Shown: positions 52,524 through 63,949 of the stretch, piece after piece
How the letters are laid out: every line of letters starts with the position of its first letter
Numbering within the stretch: position 1 is the first letter of the stretch
DNA from: Candidatus Eremiobacteria bacterium
GTDB taxonomy: Bacteria; Vulcanimicrobiota; Vulcanimicrobiia; Vulcanimicrobiales; Vulcanimicrobiaceae
Length of the DNA stretch: 64,000 nucleotides
Direction of reading: 5' to 3'
Assembly: GCA_963737065.1 (NCBI GenBank)
Contig: CAVTRC010000001.1
Span: forward strand, 1 to 64,000
Notes under the pieces: model-generated
Seen by the model: the letters and a program-made list of their open reading frames with translations, nothing else
What the model was told of the DNA's origin: nothing
The model's database searches: none
Made by a program: the position numbers and the translations under genes

Positions 52524-53558
52524 ATGGAGCAACGCGTGTTTTCGCCCGTATCGCGCCGCGGTGCATTGAAAGTCGGCGGATCGATCGTCGCAGGAGCCCT
52601 CGCCGCCTGCAGTGGCGGCTCGAGTGCTTTCAATGGTTCGCCCGACGCAGCGCCCGTCAACGGAACGGGCGCAAGCAGTGCAGGAAGCGCGGCGAACGGA
52701 GCGGGTACCCGGTATTCCGCGCAGGCGCTGTCGCGACCGGCGATCGACCTGATTGAACGCATCATCAACGCCAAAGGCACCTATGAGGACGGTGTCCTTA
52801 GCATCGAACTCGACCGCAAAGACATCGATAACGTGCGCTGGCGCGGATACTTGGTTTTGCCGTCGTTCGAAATCAACGGAACGCTCGTCTTTCAATGCGC
52901 GAGCGGTGATTCGGTCTATCTCAATGCCGACATAGCGTTGAAATCGAGCGAAGTCGATCCGTTCATCGACGCTCTCATCCGCAACGACATCATTTTCCAG
53001 GCGCATCATCAGCATTTTTACTCGATGGAACCCGACGTTTGGTTCATTCACTTTCGCAAGTACGGGGAAACGGCTCAGGTCGCACGCGCGGTCAAGAACG
53101 CGCTCGACGTGACGGCGACGCCGTTCCCGCAAGCTCCGCCCGCGCATCCAACGACTCCGCTGCCCGCGGAGGAACTCGGTGACATCCTCGGCGCGAGTCC
53201 GAACATCGGCGATAACGGCGTCGTGACGTTTGACGTACCACGCGCAAATCCGATCGTTCTCGGTGGCGCACACATCAATCCGTATCTCAATGTTGCGACG
53301 AGTATCAGCTTTCAGCCGATCGGAGGTCAGAATGCGCTCGCCTCACCGGATCCCGGAATGATTGCATCCGAGGTTCAGAAGGTCGTGGCCTATATGCGCG
53401 CGCGTCACTGGGATAGCGGCTGCCTCTACAATCAAGAAACCGACGAACAACCGCAACTTTACTTCGATCACTTCATCAAGGCTGGCAACTCGCTGCAACT
53501 CGCACATGAGGTCCGAGGAGCGCTCGATTTGATGGACATGAGGTTCGAAACGCCGTAG
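52524..53558 (+). CDS. DUF1259 (LppY/LpqO-like) Tat-exported lipoprotein
   Basis: SRRGALK twin-Arg, LAAC lipobox, two repeats (EVDPFIDAL...HHQH...WFIHF; EVQKVV...EQPQLYFDHF). Confidence 0.8.
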   Translation: MEQRVFSPVSRRGALKVGGSIVAGALAACSGGSSAFNGSPDAAPVNGTGASSAGSAANGAGTRYSAQALSRPAIDLIERIINAKGTYEDGVLSIELDRKDIDNVRWRGYLVLPSFEINGTLVFQCASGDSVYLNADIALKSSEVDPFIDALIRNDIIFQAHHQHFYSMEPDVWFIHFRKYGETAQVARAVKNALDVTATPFPQAPPAHPTTPLPAEELGDILGASPNIGDNGVVTFDVPRANPIVLGGAHINPYLNVATSISFQPIGGQNALASPDPGMIASEVQKVVAYMRARHWDSGCLYNQETDEQPQLYFDHFIKAGNSLQLAHEVRGALDLMDMRFETP

Positions 53559-53566
53559 GCGCGCGC

Positions 53567-54313
53567 CTACTCCAAAATAGCCGATTCGGCTTCGACAGTG
53601 TGCGCGAGCCAAAAATCGAACGACGCGCGCGCCTGCGCTTCCAGCATGGCGTCGCCGGGCACGATCTCGCGCTCTAGTTGATGATGCAATGTCGAACGCG
53701 CGCCGTAGTTCGTGTCCATGACGATATCTGCGCGCATCAGCGAGTCGAGCATCGGCGGTTCGAACCGCACCTTCGGCGGCAACGTGCTGATGACGATCTC
53801 CGGTGGGCTATCGTACGGCCATTCTTTTGCGTCGTAACGGTTGCACGCGCCCGCGACTTTCTGAGCGTCGCGTCCCCACACGAAGAGATACGCATCGTTC
53901 TCTTGGAACTGGCCGAGAATCGCGCGCGCCGTCGCACCGTATCCCAAAATGCCGATGCGTTTGAGCGAGATCGGCTCTTCCAGCAAATTTTCCAGCGCGT
54001 CGCGCGCGCCAATTCCGTCGGTGTTATGGCCGAGAATCTCACGACCAAAGAAAATCGAGTTGACCGCCTGCGCGCGTTCCGCTTCCTCCGTCAGCGCATC
54101 GCACGCTTTGAGCACTTCTTGTTTTAGCGGATAGGTTACATTGCAGCCCGTGTACGCGTCGAGGCGCATGCGCCGTACAACGGAAATCGCATTGATCTTC
54201 GGAACCCGAATCGCGACGTAGCTTCCGTCCATCTCCGCCTCGCGCAACAACCGCCGGTAAATTTCGGGACTCCGGCTGTGTTCGACGGGATCGCCGATGA
54301 GCGCCAACTTCAC
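53567..54313 (-). CDS. aroE: Shikimate dehydrogenase family protein
   Basis: LIGDPVEHSRSP, GCNVTYPLK, AVN, GHNTDGIG, MLEAQA. Confidence 0.88.
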   Translation of the reverse strand: MKLALIGDPVEHSRSPEIYRRLLREAEMDGSYVAIRVPKINAISVVRRMRLDAYTGCNVTYPLKQEVLKACDALTEEAERAQAVNSIFFGREILGHNTDGIGARDALENLLEEPISLKRIGILGYGATARAILGQFQENDAYLFVWGRDAQKVAGACNRYDAKEWPYDSPPEIVISTLPPKVRFEPPMLDSLMRADIVMDTNYGARSTLHHQLEREIVPGDAMLEAQARASFDFWLAHTVEAESAILE

Positions 54314-54795
54314 CCTTCCGGCCGCTCCGGCAACATCAGTTTTTCGAAGAATCGAAAGACTTTGGTGATCGGGAAGTCTTTAGCTTCGATCGGTTCCGTG
54401 AGAATCGTGTACAAACCGCACAGTTTACCCGAGAGCACGTCGGTAAAGAGCTGATCGCCGACGACGGCGACTTGCTTGCGCGGCAGTCCCAGCATTTTCA
54501 CCGCGCGCATCACGCCGAACGGTAGCGGTTTGAGCGCGTTCGGAATACACGGAATACGCAGTTGATTCGCGATACCGGTCACGCGGGCGGTGAAATTGTT
54601 GGAAACCATCACCATCTTGAAGCCGCGTTCGTGCGCGCGTTCGCACCACGCGAGGTGATCGGCGCACAGTTCGGTTTGCCGGAAGCCCATCAGGGTGTTG
54701 TCGAGGTCGACGATCAGCCCGCAAAACCCTAACTCCTCGAGATGCTCGTGCGGGACGTCGGCAAGACGCGATACGTAGCGGTCGGGACCCAACAT
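54310..54795 (-). CDS. YqeG-family HAD IIIA phosphatase
   Basis: VDLDNTL, VSNN, KP, VVGDQLFTDV. Confidence 0.92.
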   Translation of the reverse strand: MLGPDRYVSRLADVPHEHLEELGFCGLIVDLDNTLMGFRQTELCADHLAWCERAHERGFKMVMVSNNFTARVTGIANQLRIPCIPNALKPLPFGVMRAVKMLGLPRKQVAVVGDQLFTDVLSGKLCGLYTILTEPIEAKDFPITKVFRFFEKLMLPERPEG

Positions 54796-54931
54796 GGCCT
54801 GAGCGTTCCCAGCTTATCCCCGGTATCCTCGGATTGCTCCACAGGCCGCCCGCAACGCCAGCCGCTCATCCGCAACATCTCCGCGGGATTCGCGTTCCAT
54901 CCACACCCAACCACAAGGAGCCGCGGCGCCG

Positions 54932-54979
54932 ACCCCATATCTTGTGTTTACCATCGCGGTATGCCACAATAGGTATCCC
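54932..54979 (+). promoter_or_regulatory. NrdR box (strong) plus possible weak second box
   Basis: ACCCCATATCTTGTGT (54932-54947) fits acaCwAtATaTwGtgt; CCACAATAGGTATCCC starts 32 bp later; both upstream of nrdJ. Confidence 0.65.
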
Positions 54980-55061
54980 ACGAGCACGTTTTGTGTGTTC
55001 GCCTACATCCACGCACGAGGCGAACAGGTGTTCGATGAAACGCGCGCCGAAGGAGCAACGC

Positions 55062-58000
55062 ATGAAGTTTCGCCGTCTTTATTCAGCGCCCGGCGACCCA
55101 TACGCGGGGCTTACGTTCGAGCCGCGCACATCGCGAATCGTGAATCCCGACGGATCGGTGATTTTCGAAGCGAAAGATGTGATGGTTCCCGAGGGCTGGA
55201 GCCAGGTCGCGGTCGACGTGCTTGCCCAGAAGTACTGCCGCAAGGCCGGCGTTCCAACGGCGACGACGCGCGTGCCGGAACCAGGCGTGCCGGAATGGCT
55301 GTGGCGGTCGGAAGCCGCGTCCGATTCAGCCTTCGGCGCCGAGCGCGACGCGCGCCAGGTCTTCAACCGTCTCGCCGGATGCTGGACGTATTGGGGTTGG
55401 AAGTACGGCTACTTCGATACCGAGGAAGACGCGCGCGTCTATTTCGATGAAATGGCCGCGATGCTCGCGCGCCAAATCGGCGCGCCAAATAGTCCGCAAT
55501 GGTTCAATACGGGCTTGCATTGGGCGTACGGTATTTCAGGTCCGGCGCAAGGCCACTATTTCGTCGATCCGCGCACGAATGAAGTGAGGAAATCCGCGAA
55601 TGCGTTCGAGCATCCGCAGGTTTCAGCGTGCTTCATCCTTTCGATCGAAGACGACTTGGTCAATGAAGGCGGCATCTTCGACGGCATCGTGCGCGAGGCG
55701 CGCATCTTCAAAGGCGGCTCCGGTTCCGGCGCCAACTTCTCGAAGATTCGCAGCGCCGGCGAAAAACTCACGGGCGGCGGTACGTCGAGCGGCTTGATGT
55801 CGTTCCTCAAAGTGTTCGATCGTGCCGCAGGCGCGATCAAATCCGGCGGCACGACGCGCCGCGCAGCAAAGATGGTCGTGCTCAACGCCGATCATCCCGA
55901 CATCGAAGAATTCGTCACGTGGAAAGTGCGCGAGGAACGCAAAGTCGCCGATCTCGTCATCGGTTCGCGCATTCTTGAAGAGCAACTGAACGCGATTCTC
56001 GCCGCCGCGCATGACACCCGTATTCCGGAAGCCGCGCGTCTCGACGTCGCGCTCAATCCGCATCTTCGGAGCGCGGTGCGCAAAGCGCTCGCGATGGGCG
56101 TTCCCAGCGGTGCGACGCAACAGGCGCTGGACTACGCGCGTCAGGGCTACACGCGTCTCGAAATCGAGCAATACGATACGGGTTGGGATTCCGAAGCGTA
56201 CGGAACCGTTTCGGGACAGAATTCGAACAACTCCGTGCGTTGCCGAATTCGTTCTTCAACGCGCTCGATAACGAACGACGATTGGCATCTTACGTCGCGC
56301 ACGAAGGGCAACATCGTCAAGACCATCAAAGCCGCCGATCTCTGGGAAGAAATCGGTCTTGCCGCATGGCAATGCGCCGATCCCGGACTTGCAATTCGAC
56401 GACACGATCCAAGAATGGCACACGTGCGCAAACGACGATCGGATAAACGCTACTAATCCATGCGTCACGGGTGACACGCTCATCTCAACGGCGGATGGCC
56501 CCGAACGCATAGCTGATCTGGTTGGAAAGGCTGCGTTCGTCATCGGCTCCGACGGCAAGCCGCACTTTGTCAACAAATCTTTCCAACAGGCCGAAAGACG
56601 GTCTATCGTCTAGCCACAAAGTCCGGGTACACGCTGGATCTCACGGCTGACCACAAGGTTGAAACCGCCAATCGCGGTGATGTGCCCGCGCAAGATTTGC
56701 GGCCGGGAGACCATATTGTGCTTTCCGGTTCCGGTTTCGGAAGCGTTGCGATCGATGAAAAGATCGCATTCGGAATTGGCGCGGCGGTTGCTGACGGGTG
56801 CGTTACAAATGGAAGCAACGTTGGCCTCATTATTACGATGCACGATGATGAGGAGCCGGTGCTGGCTGATATTGCGCGTGCAACTCTCGTCACAAAACCG
56901 CCGTCGACGTCCGGGCCTCGCATTTCGACAACGAACGCCCGCGTCGTAGAGCTGTTTTCGACGTACGCGGTTTTGAACGAGGGTAGCGGCGCTAAACGCT
57001 TTACGGACGCCATTTATCGCCTCGATCGCACGTCGACTGCCGCAATGCTGCGCGGACTATTTACCGCGGATGGAACGGTGGCCAACTCTGGCAAAAAGTC
57101 CCAGTACGTCTCGCTAGACTCGTGTTCGATCGAATTACTCCGCCAGGTACAGTATTTGCTGTTGTCATTCGGCATTAAATCGAAGCTGTACAGCGATCGC
57201 CGCACCACGTCATCGTCAATGTGTCCCGATGGCACAGGCAGCCTCGCCCGATACAATGTCATGCAGATGCACTCGCTTCGTGTTTCTCGCTCATCGCGCA
57301 AAACATTTGAACGAGAGATCGGCTTCCACCCGGCGTCGCACAAGGCTGCAGCATTGAAGCGCGTAAATGAGACGGTGGCGTGCTATGCAGATACGTTGTC
57401 TGATGAATTTGCGCACCTCGTTGAAATTGGAGAAGCAAACGTCTACGATTTGACTGAGCGCGATACGTCGCACTTCGTTGCAAATGGGCTACGAGTACAT
57501 AATTGTTCGGAATACATATTCATAGATGACACCGCGTGCAATTTGAGTAGCATGAACCTCGTCAAATTCGAAACGCCGCAGGGTGGATTCGACGCGACAA
57601 CGTTTCGCCGAGGCGTCCCGCATCTGGACGACGACGCTCGAAATCTCCGTGACGATGGGCCAGATGCCGTCGAAGGCGATCGCCGAGAAAAATCATGGTT
57701 ATCGCACGCTCGGCCTCGGTTACGCCAACCTCGGAACGCTCTTGATGCGCATGGGCTTGCCGTACGATTCAGAAGAAGCCTACGGCTGGTGTGCCGCAAT
57801 CAACGCGCTCATGACCGGTGCCGCGTATCGAACGTCGGCCGAAATGGCGCAACAACTCGGTCCTTTCGCGCGCTTTCGAGCAAACCGCGAACCAATGCTG
57901 CGCGTCGATTCGGAATCACCGCAACGCCGCTTACAACGGTACGCTCGGCGAGTACGAAGGTTTAACGGTAAAGCCGGTCACGTACGCTCCGACGCTTTTT

Positions 58001-61000
58001 ACGCAAGAGACGTGGGCGCTCGCACGCCGGATGTGGGACGATGCGCTATCGATCGGCGAAGTCGCCGGTTTTCGCAACGCACAGACCGTCGTTATCGCGC
58101 CGACCGGCTGCCTTGCCGGAAATTCGATGGTCATTACCGACCGCGGTCTAATGCGACTCAATCGACTTGGCAACGTCGATGGCGACAAGTGGCAAGATGT
58201 CGACTTCCGCGTTCTGACGGACGATGGCGAGCAAAAGGCGACGAAATTCTTTGTGAACGGCGTCGAGCACACTCGTCGAGTCATAACGAAGAGCGGCTAT
58301 GTCATTCAGGGAACGCCGACGCATCGCATTAAGGTGCTCGACGCAGCGACCGGCGATCTTCAATGGAAGCGCATGGCCGATGTTACGCAGAAGGACGTCG
58401 TAGCGTTGTCCATGGGCAAATTCATCGGCTCGCCCAAGGCCGTCGGCCTTCCCGATCTCAGCGAAGAGTATTGGACCGGCGACTATACGACGCGGGTACC
58501 GCGTCAAGTAAACGCGGAGTTAGCAGAGCTCATCGGCTACTTCATGGGAGATGGTTCGTTCCACAGCAAAGGCCTTCGTTTGTGCGTCTCCAACGGAGAC
58601 GATGACGTTATCACGCGACTTCAGTGCTTATCGAAGTCGTTGTTCAACATCGACGCGTCCATTGCGCGAACGACCGGCTACACTGAAGTTGCGATTACAT
58701 CGGTCCCGCTCACGCTCTGGTGGGAGGCGTGCGGCTTTAAAAAGCTGCCGCCACACCACGGCCATCGAGGTAAAGGTTACGTGCCTCGTGTTCCGGACGC
58801 TGTGCTGGCCACGAACGATCCGGCGGTTTACGGGGCGTTTGTCCGCGGTCTGTACGAAGCGGACGGAACGGTCACCGCAGGTTCGCCGACGTGGTCCACG
58901 GCCTCACGTGAGTTCGCCGACGAGGTGAAGACGCTCTTGCTGCTTCTCGGGGTGCCAACTACAACGAAGATCGGCATCTCCGGCTGGGGGCAATCCGAAA
59001 TATACTGCACCCGCGTGCTCAACATGTCGTACACGCAGAAATTCATGGACGTCGCGGGATTCATTGGTGCGCGCAAACGTCTTAGCGTGCGGTTCAACGA
59101 TACGTGGCAAGGACGCAAGCACGACAATGTTTACATCGGCGAATCAGCGTTTCGAGAACTCGTTACGAGTGGGAATGTGCCCAAGGGCGTTTTCTATAAC
59201 TCAAACAAGCGAAATCGCGGTGCCATTTCACGCCACCTTGCATCAGCGATTGTTGAACAAACCCGCAACGAAACATTGGCCTGTTCGCTCGACTTCTATT
59301 ACGACACCGTAGCAGCTAATGAAGACGGCGGCGAGCAACTGACCTACGATCTGTCGGTACCCGCGAACGTTACATACATTGCAAATGGCTTCATATCGCA
59401 TAATACGATCGGCCTCGTCATGGATTGCGATACGACCGGCATTGAACCCGACTTCGCGTTGGTCAAGTTCAAGAAACTCGCGGGCGGCGGCTATTTCAAG
59501 ATCGTTAATCAGTCGGTTGACGTTGCTTTGCATCGCCTCGGATATTCGCAAGAACAGATCAATGCGATTGAAGCGTATGCGAAGGGAACCGGTACGCTCA
59601 ACGAAGCGCCGCACATCAACCGTGCGACCTTAAAGGCAAAAGGCTTCGACGATGAGGCGGTTGCGCGCATCGAGGCTGCGACTCCCCGGCGCATTCGAGC
59701 TGCCCTTCGTCTTCAATAAATTCGTCCTCGGCGAGGAATTCTGCAAAGAGAAACTTCACCTCACTGACGAGCAACTCAACGACTTCAACTTTTCGATCCT
59801 GCGTGACGGACTTGGCTTCAACGCGTCGCAAATCGAGGAAGCGTCGGCGCACATTTGCGGCCGTATGACGCTCGAAGGTGCGCCGTATTTGAAAGACGAG
59901 CATCTTCCCGTCTTCGATTGCGCGACGCCTTGCGGCAAGCACGGCACGCGCTACATCCGGCCTCTCGCACACATCGAGATGATGGCGGCGGCGCAGCCGT
60001 TCGTCTCGGGCGCGATCTCGAAGTGCGTGGTTGGCGAAACGCTGCTGACAACAGAACAAGGCCTCATACGTATCGAGTCACTCCATCAAGGCGAGCACGA
60101 CGACTCCTTCCGCGAGCATCGCATGCGCGTCGCCTCGCTGAACGGAACCCAAACGACTGACGCGTTCTATTACGGCGGAAAGCGGGCCGTTCGCGAAGTT
60201 CGCCTACGTTCTGGGCATCGCGTCGTCGGAACCCCGAATCATCGCGTATTGACGTGCGGCGATCGTGGCCTCGAGTGGCGGTATCTTTCCGATATCAAAC
60301 CTGGCGAATACATCGCAACGCAATACGGCGATGACATGTGGTCGAATGAACCTGCTCGCTTCGATTCGTTCACCGCATCTGCCAAGTATGGCTCGCAGAA
60401 AGATCTTGTCGTTCCTGCGCAGATGAGCGAGGATCTTGGATTCTTCTTAGGCGCTTACGCCGCCGAAGGCCATACGTCGCGCTCGAATTACACCGTGACG
60501 ATCACGAACGCGATTGACTCTGTCCTCGAACGTGTTCAACAAGCGGCGCGAAACGTTTTTGGGATCGAAGGAAAGATTCTCCGTCCTGAAAATCGGTGTT
60601 CGAGCATCGTTTTTGCATCCAAGACGTTGGTCGAGTTCCTTGAATACCTCGGTGCAGGTTCGCGTGCGTCGAACAAGCGCATCCCTGACGCAGTGTTACG
60701 TTCAACGCGCGAGCACGTACTCGCGTTTCTCACCGGCCTCTTCCTTGATGCCTACGTGACGACCACCAGCATGAAGAAGTGGGCGATCTGTCTCGATTCG
60801 GCTCAATTGCTTGATGATGTACAAGCGGTTCTCACGAATCTCGGTATCGTTCACAGCCGCATAGAGAAACTAAATCGCGAAAACGGAAAAACCTACGGTG
60901 AAGTGTATGCAAGCGGTCGCCAAGCGCAAAGGCTGCTCTCGCTCGTTCAATTCCCTGAACCACTAAAACTTGCTCGCTCGTGGGCGGTACTCACCGCGAA

Positions 61001-62324
61001 CATCGCACAAAGTACGGCGGACGTCATTCCAGGCCTTGAAGGGCGCGCGCTTTACAACATGCTGCTCACGGGCCGCTCCGGCAAGTCCGGGACCGGCACG
61101 AGCGTTCGTCGTCGCTACACGAAGCTACTCGATCCGAGGACGAAGGCCGTGTCGTGGGATACCGTTCGCGAGCTCGCACGCGACATCGAATTGCCGGAAT
61201 GGCTCGACGAGATCGTCAACCGTAACCTGCACTTCAGTCCGGCCGAATCCGTTCGTGATGCCGGCGAGCGGATCGTCTATGACATTTCCGTTCCTGTCTC
61301 ACATGCGTTCGTCGGCAACGGAATCGTCAATCATAACACGATCAATCTGCCTCAATCCGCAACGATCAACGACGTCAAGGAGGCGTATCGCTACAGCTGG
61401 GAACGCATGATCAAAGCGGTTGCGCTCTATCGCGATGGTTCGAAACTCTCCCAGCCGCTTGCAGCAAGCTACGATCTCGGGGGAGAGGTCGCGCCCGAGG
61501 ACGACACGATCGCAACAGCGGCGTTCCAACAGCCGCTGCAAGTCGCCGAGAAGATCGTGTACCGCTACATCGCCAAGCGCCGCCGCATGCCGGAACGGCG
61601 CAGCGGTTACACGCAAAAGGCCGTCATCGGCGGGCACAAAGTCTACCTGCGCACCGGCGAATACGACAACGGGCAGCTCGGTGAGATCTTCATCGACATG
61701 CACAAAGAAGGCGCCGCGTTCCGTTCGCTGATGAACAACTTCGCGATTGCCGTTTCGCTCGGATTGCAGCACGGCGTGCCGCTCGAAGAATACGTCGAAG
61801 CGTTCACGTTCACGCGCTTCGAGCCGAACGGTCCGGTCGTCGGCCATCAGAACATCAAGATGGCGACGTCGCTCCTCGACTACATCTTCCGCGAACTGGC
61901 GGTGAGCTATCTAGGCCGCTACGATCTCGCGCACGTGCAACCGTCGATGGAAATGGACGCGATGGGAGTCGAGGAAACCGAAGACTACATCGCGGAAGAA
62001 CCCGGGCCGACGCAAGTGCGTCGAGCCGGAGTCGCGGAGCAGTTCCATCCGGTGTCGACGCATCTGCGTCCGGGATCGGAAGCACACGCGGGTGTCGCGA
62101 CCGATGAGCCGCCGATGCAAGCGCCGGCGATGCACGATACGGCAAGCGCGCAACCGCATGCGTCAGCGACGACGGCCGTCATGTCAAAGACGCAAGCGGT
62201 AAACGCTGCGAAAGCAAAGGGGTACACCGGAAACGCCTGTGGCGAATGCGGCCAACTGACGATGGTTCGAAACGGCGCATGTGAGAAGTGCGACAACTGC
62301 GGGGCGACGAGCGGATGTAGCTAA
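55062..62324 (+). CDS. nrdJ: Vitamin B12-dependent (class II) ribonucleotide reductase with three inteins; several frameshifts
   Basis: [95 protein letters not shown]-terminal CGECG...[11 protein letters not shown]. Confidence 0.96.
56461..57503 (+). mobile_element. nrdJ intein 1 with LAGLIDADG endonuclease (one frameshift near 56575)
   Basis: [15 protein letters not shown]...LTADHKV...GAAVADG...LRGLFTADG...VYDLT...LRVHN|CSEY. Confidence 0.95.
58109..59404 (+). mobile_element. nrdJ intein 2 (432 aa) with LAGLIDADG endonuclease
   Basis: [13 protein letters not shown]...GTPTHRI...LIGYFMGDG...VRGLYEADG...TYDLSV...FISHN|TIG. Confidence 0.96.
60024..61337 (+). mobile_element. nrdJ intein 3 (438 aa) with LAGLIDADG-like domain
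   Basis: [13 protein letters not shown]...GTPNHRV...FLGAYAAEG...LTGLFLD...VYDISV...IVNHN|TINL. Confidence 0.96.
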
Positions 62325-62336
62325 AATGGTGTCGAA

Positions 62337-62489
62337 TTCCATTTGATGCACCATTGTGCCGTCTGATGGGGCGCTCGTAAACGGATTGCCGGCACGCTTC
62401 GCGGTGCCCCGCATCATTCAGAAACTCTTATACGAAAAGCCCTTTTATCGACGGTTGCATCGTTTGGAACATTGTTGCATAATACGAGA
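62337..62489. repeat. Five 13-bp GCATCAnnYGGAA-like motifs upstream of the recombinase
   Basis: Minus: GCATCAAATGGAA (62337-49), CCATCAGACGGCA (62357-69). Plus: GCATCATTCAGAA (62411-23), GCATCGTTTGGAA (62457-69), GCATAATACGAGA (62477-89). Confidence 0.6.
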
Positions 62490-62492
62490 CAT

Positions 62493-63605
62493 ATGGATGC
62501 ACGCCATTTAGGACTCGATCTGCCCGGCGCTGCCCGTTTTGAGTTGCCGGACTACGTCACGCAGCTCGATCCTGGCGACGCCGTTTTTCAAGCGATGCTG
62601 CGAGGATGGCGAGCCCAACAGCACAGTCGTCAGCTGACCGACGACACGATCGAGGCTCGCGAACGCTACGTGGTGCGCCTACATCTATTCACAAACCAAT
62701 ACCCATGGCAGTGGCGCCCAGCCGCGCTTGAAGATTTCACATCGCACGAGTTCCGCTCCAAACAACGCGCGAAGTCGACGATTCGCGGCATGCACAACGC
62801 TATCGGGCTTTTCTGCGAATACATCACCGACATTCGGTACGATTGGGTCGCGATCTGCCGCGAGCTGTTTGACGCGACACCGATCCAGATTTGCACCGAG
62901 ATGAATACGCTCGGGCACGCGAGCGACTACGAAGGCGACCCTGAGCGACGTCCGTTCACTCGACGCGAACTGCAAGATTTCTTCGACTACATCGACGATC
63001 GCTATTTGAAGGTTCGCAAGCTCGGACGCAAGGGCGCGCTGGCACTACTCCGCGACTCAACGCTCTTTAAGAGCATCCTGGGCTGGGGTCTACGGCGTCG
63101 CGAGGCGAGCCGGCTCTCCATGAAAGACCGCCGACGCAATCCCGCTATCCCGGAATATGGCGTCTATGGTGGTCTGCACGAGCGCTACGGAAAAGCGGTG
63201 AAGGGCGGACCGCCTAAGCGGCGCCTTGTCCTGAGCATGCCGCATTTTGAGTGGGCAATTGAGGCACTCAAATACTACTGCGAAGAAGTGAGGCCGTTGC
63301 TCAATCCTGGCAATCACCCGGCAATATTCATCTCGGAACGTGCAACATACATGGATCCCGGTTGGATCGATCATCGGTTTCAAGAGTTTAGGTCCGGAGC
63401 CGGTCTCCCGGACGACCTGGATCTTCACTGTTTGCGCCATACCTACGTCACGTATCTCGCGGAAGAGAACGTCGACGGCCTGCTCATCCAAGATCAAGTC
63501 GGGCACGAATGGGGCGCCACCACGGGCATCTATACGCACGTGTCGCGTGATTTCAAGGTGAGCAAGCTCAAGGAACTGTACGGCGACCTCTACGGGCAAG
63601 CATAA
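62493..63605 (+). CDS. Tyrosine recombinase/integrase
   Basis: WGLRRREA (R), GKAVKG (K), HCLRHTY (HxxR), QVGH, TTGIYTHV (Y). Confidence 0.95.
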   Translation: MDARHLGLDLPGAARFELPDYVTQLDPGDAVFQAMLRGWRAQQHSRQLTDDTIEARERYVVRLHLFTNQYPWQWRPAALEDFTSHEFRSKQRAKSTIRGMHNAIGLFCEYITDIRYDWVAICRELFDATPIQICTEMNTLGHASDYEGDPERRPFTRRELQDFFDYIDDRYLKVRKLGRKGALALLRDSTLFKSILGWGLRRREASRLSMKDRRRNPAIPEYGVYGGLHERYGKAVKGGPPKRRLVLSMPHFEWAIEALKYYCEEVRPLLNPGNHPAIFISERATYMDPGWIDHRFQEFRSGAGLPDDLDLHCLRHTYVTYLAEENVDGLLIQDQVGHEWGATTGIYTHVSRDFKVSKLKELYGDLYGQA

Positions 63606-63949
63606 TGACGCGCAAGTTTGAAGCGCAATGGCATCTGCGAAAGCTCTTGGCGCTGAAAGGCATCTTTAACACAACGGATCTTCTACCGCTTCTGGCCGAG
63701 CGGGGCATAAACGTCTCGCGCACGCAGGCGTACCGGCTTGCAGCTGAAAAGCCAAACTACGTTTCCCTGGATCTGATCGTAGCGCTGTGCGATATTCTCG
63801 CGTGTACGCCGGCAGATTTAATTGAAAAAGTCGAGATCCGCAAAACCGTTAAGAAGGCGGTAGGTTATGAGTCGGCCGGTAAGGATCCGTCGCGCGCTCG
63901 CAACCTCAAACCAGTGCGCGCACGCATAAAAGATGCCGACAAAGACTGA
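63605..63949 (+). CDS. Cro/C1-type (HTH_26-like) DNA-binding protein, coupled to the integrase
   Basis: WHLRKLLA...TTDLLPLLAERGINVSRTQAYRL...LCDILACTPADLIE; TAATG overlap. Confidence 0.9.
   Translation: MTRKFEAQWHLRKLLALKGIFNTTDLLPLLAERGINVSRTQAYRLAAEKPNYVSLDLIVALCDILACTPADLIEKVEIRKTVKKAVGYESAGKDPSRARNLKPVRARIKDADKD

Noticed and set aside
54796..55061. Cobalamin riboswitch upstream of nrdJ
   Set aside because: No B12-box found; only the NrdR box is supported.
55062..62324. Naturally split nrdJ, split inteins or programmed frameshifting
   Set aside because: Breaks fall mid-motif with no RBS/start or slippery-site pattern, and match the indels seen elsewhere in the window.
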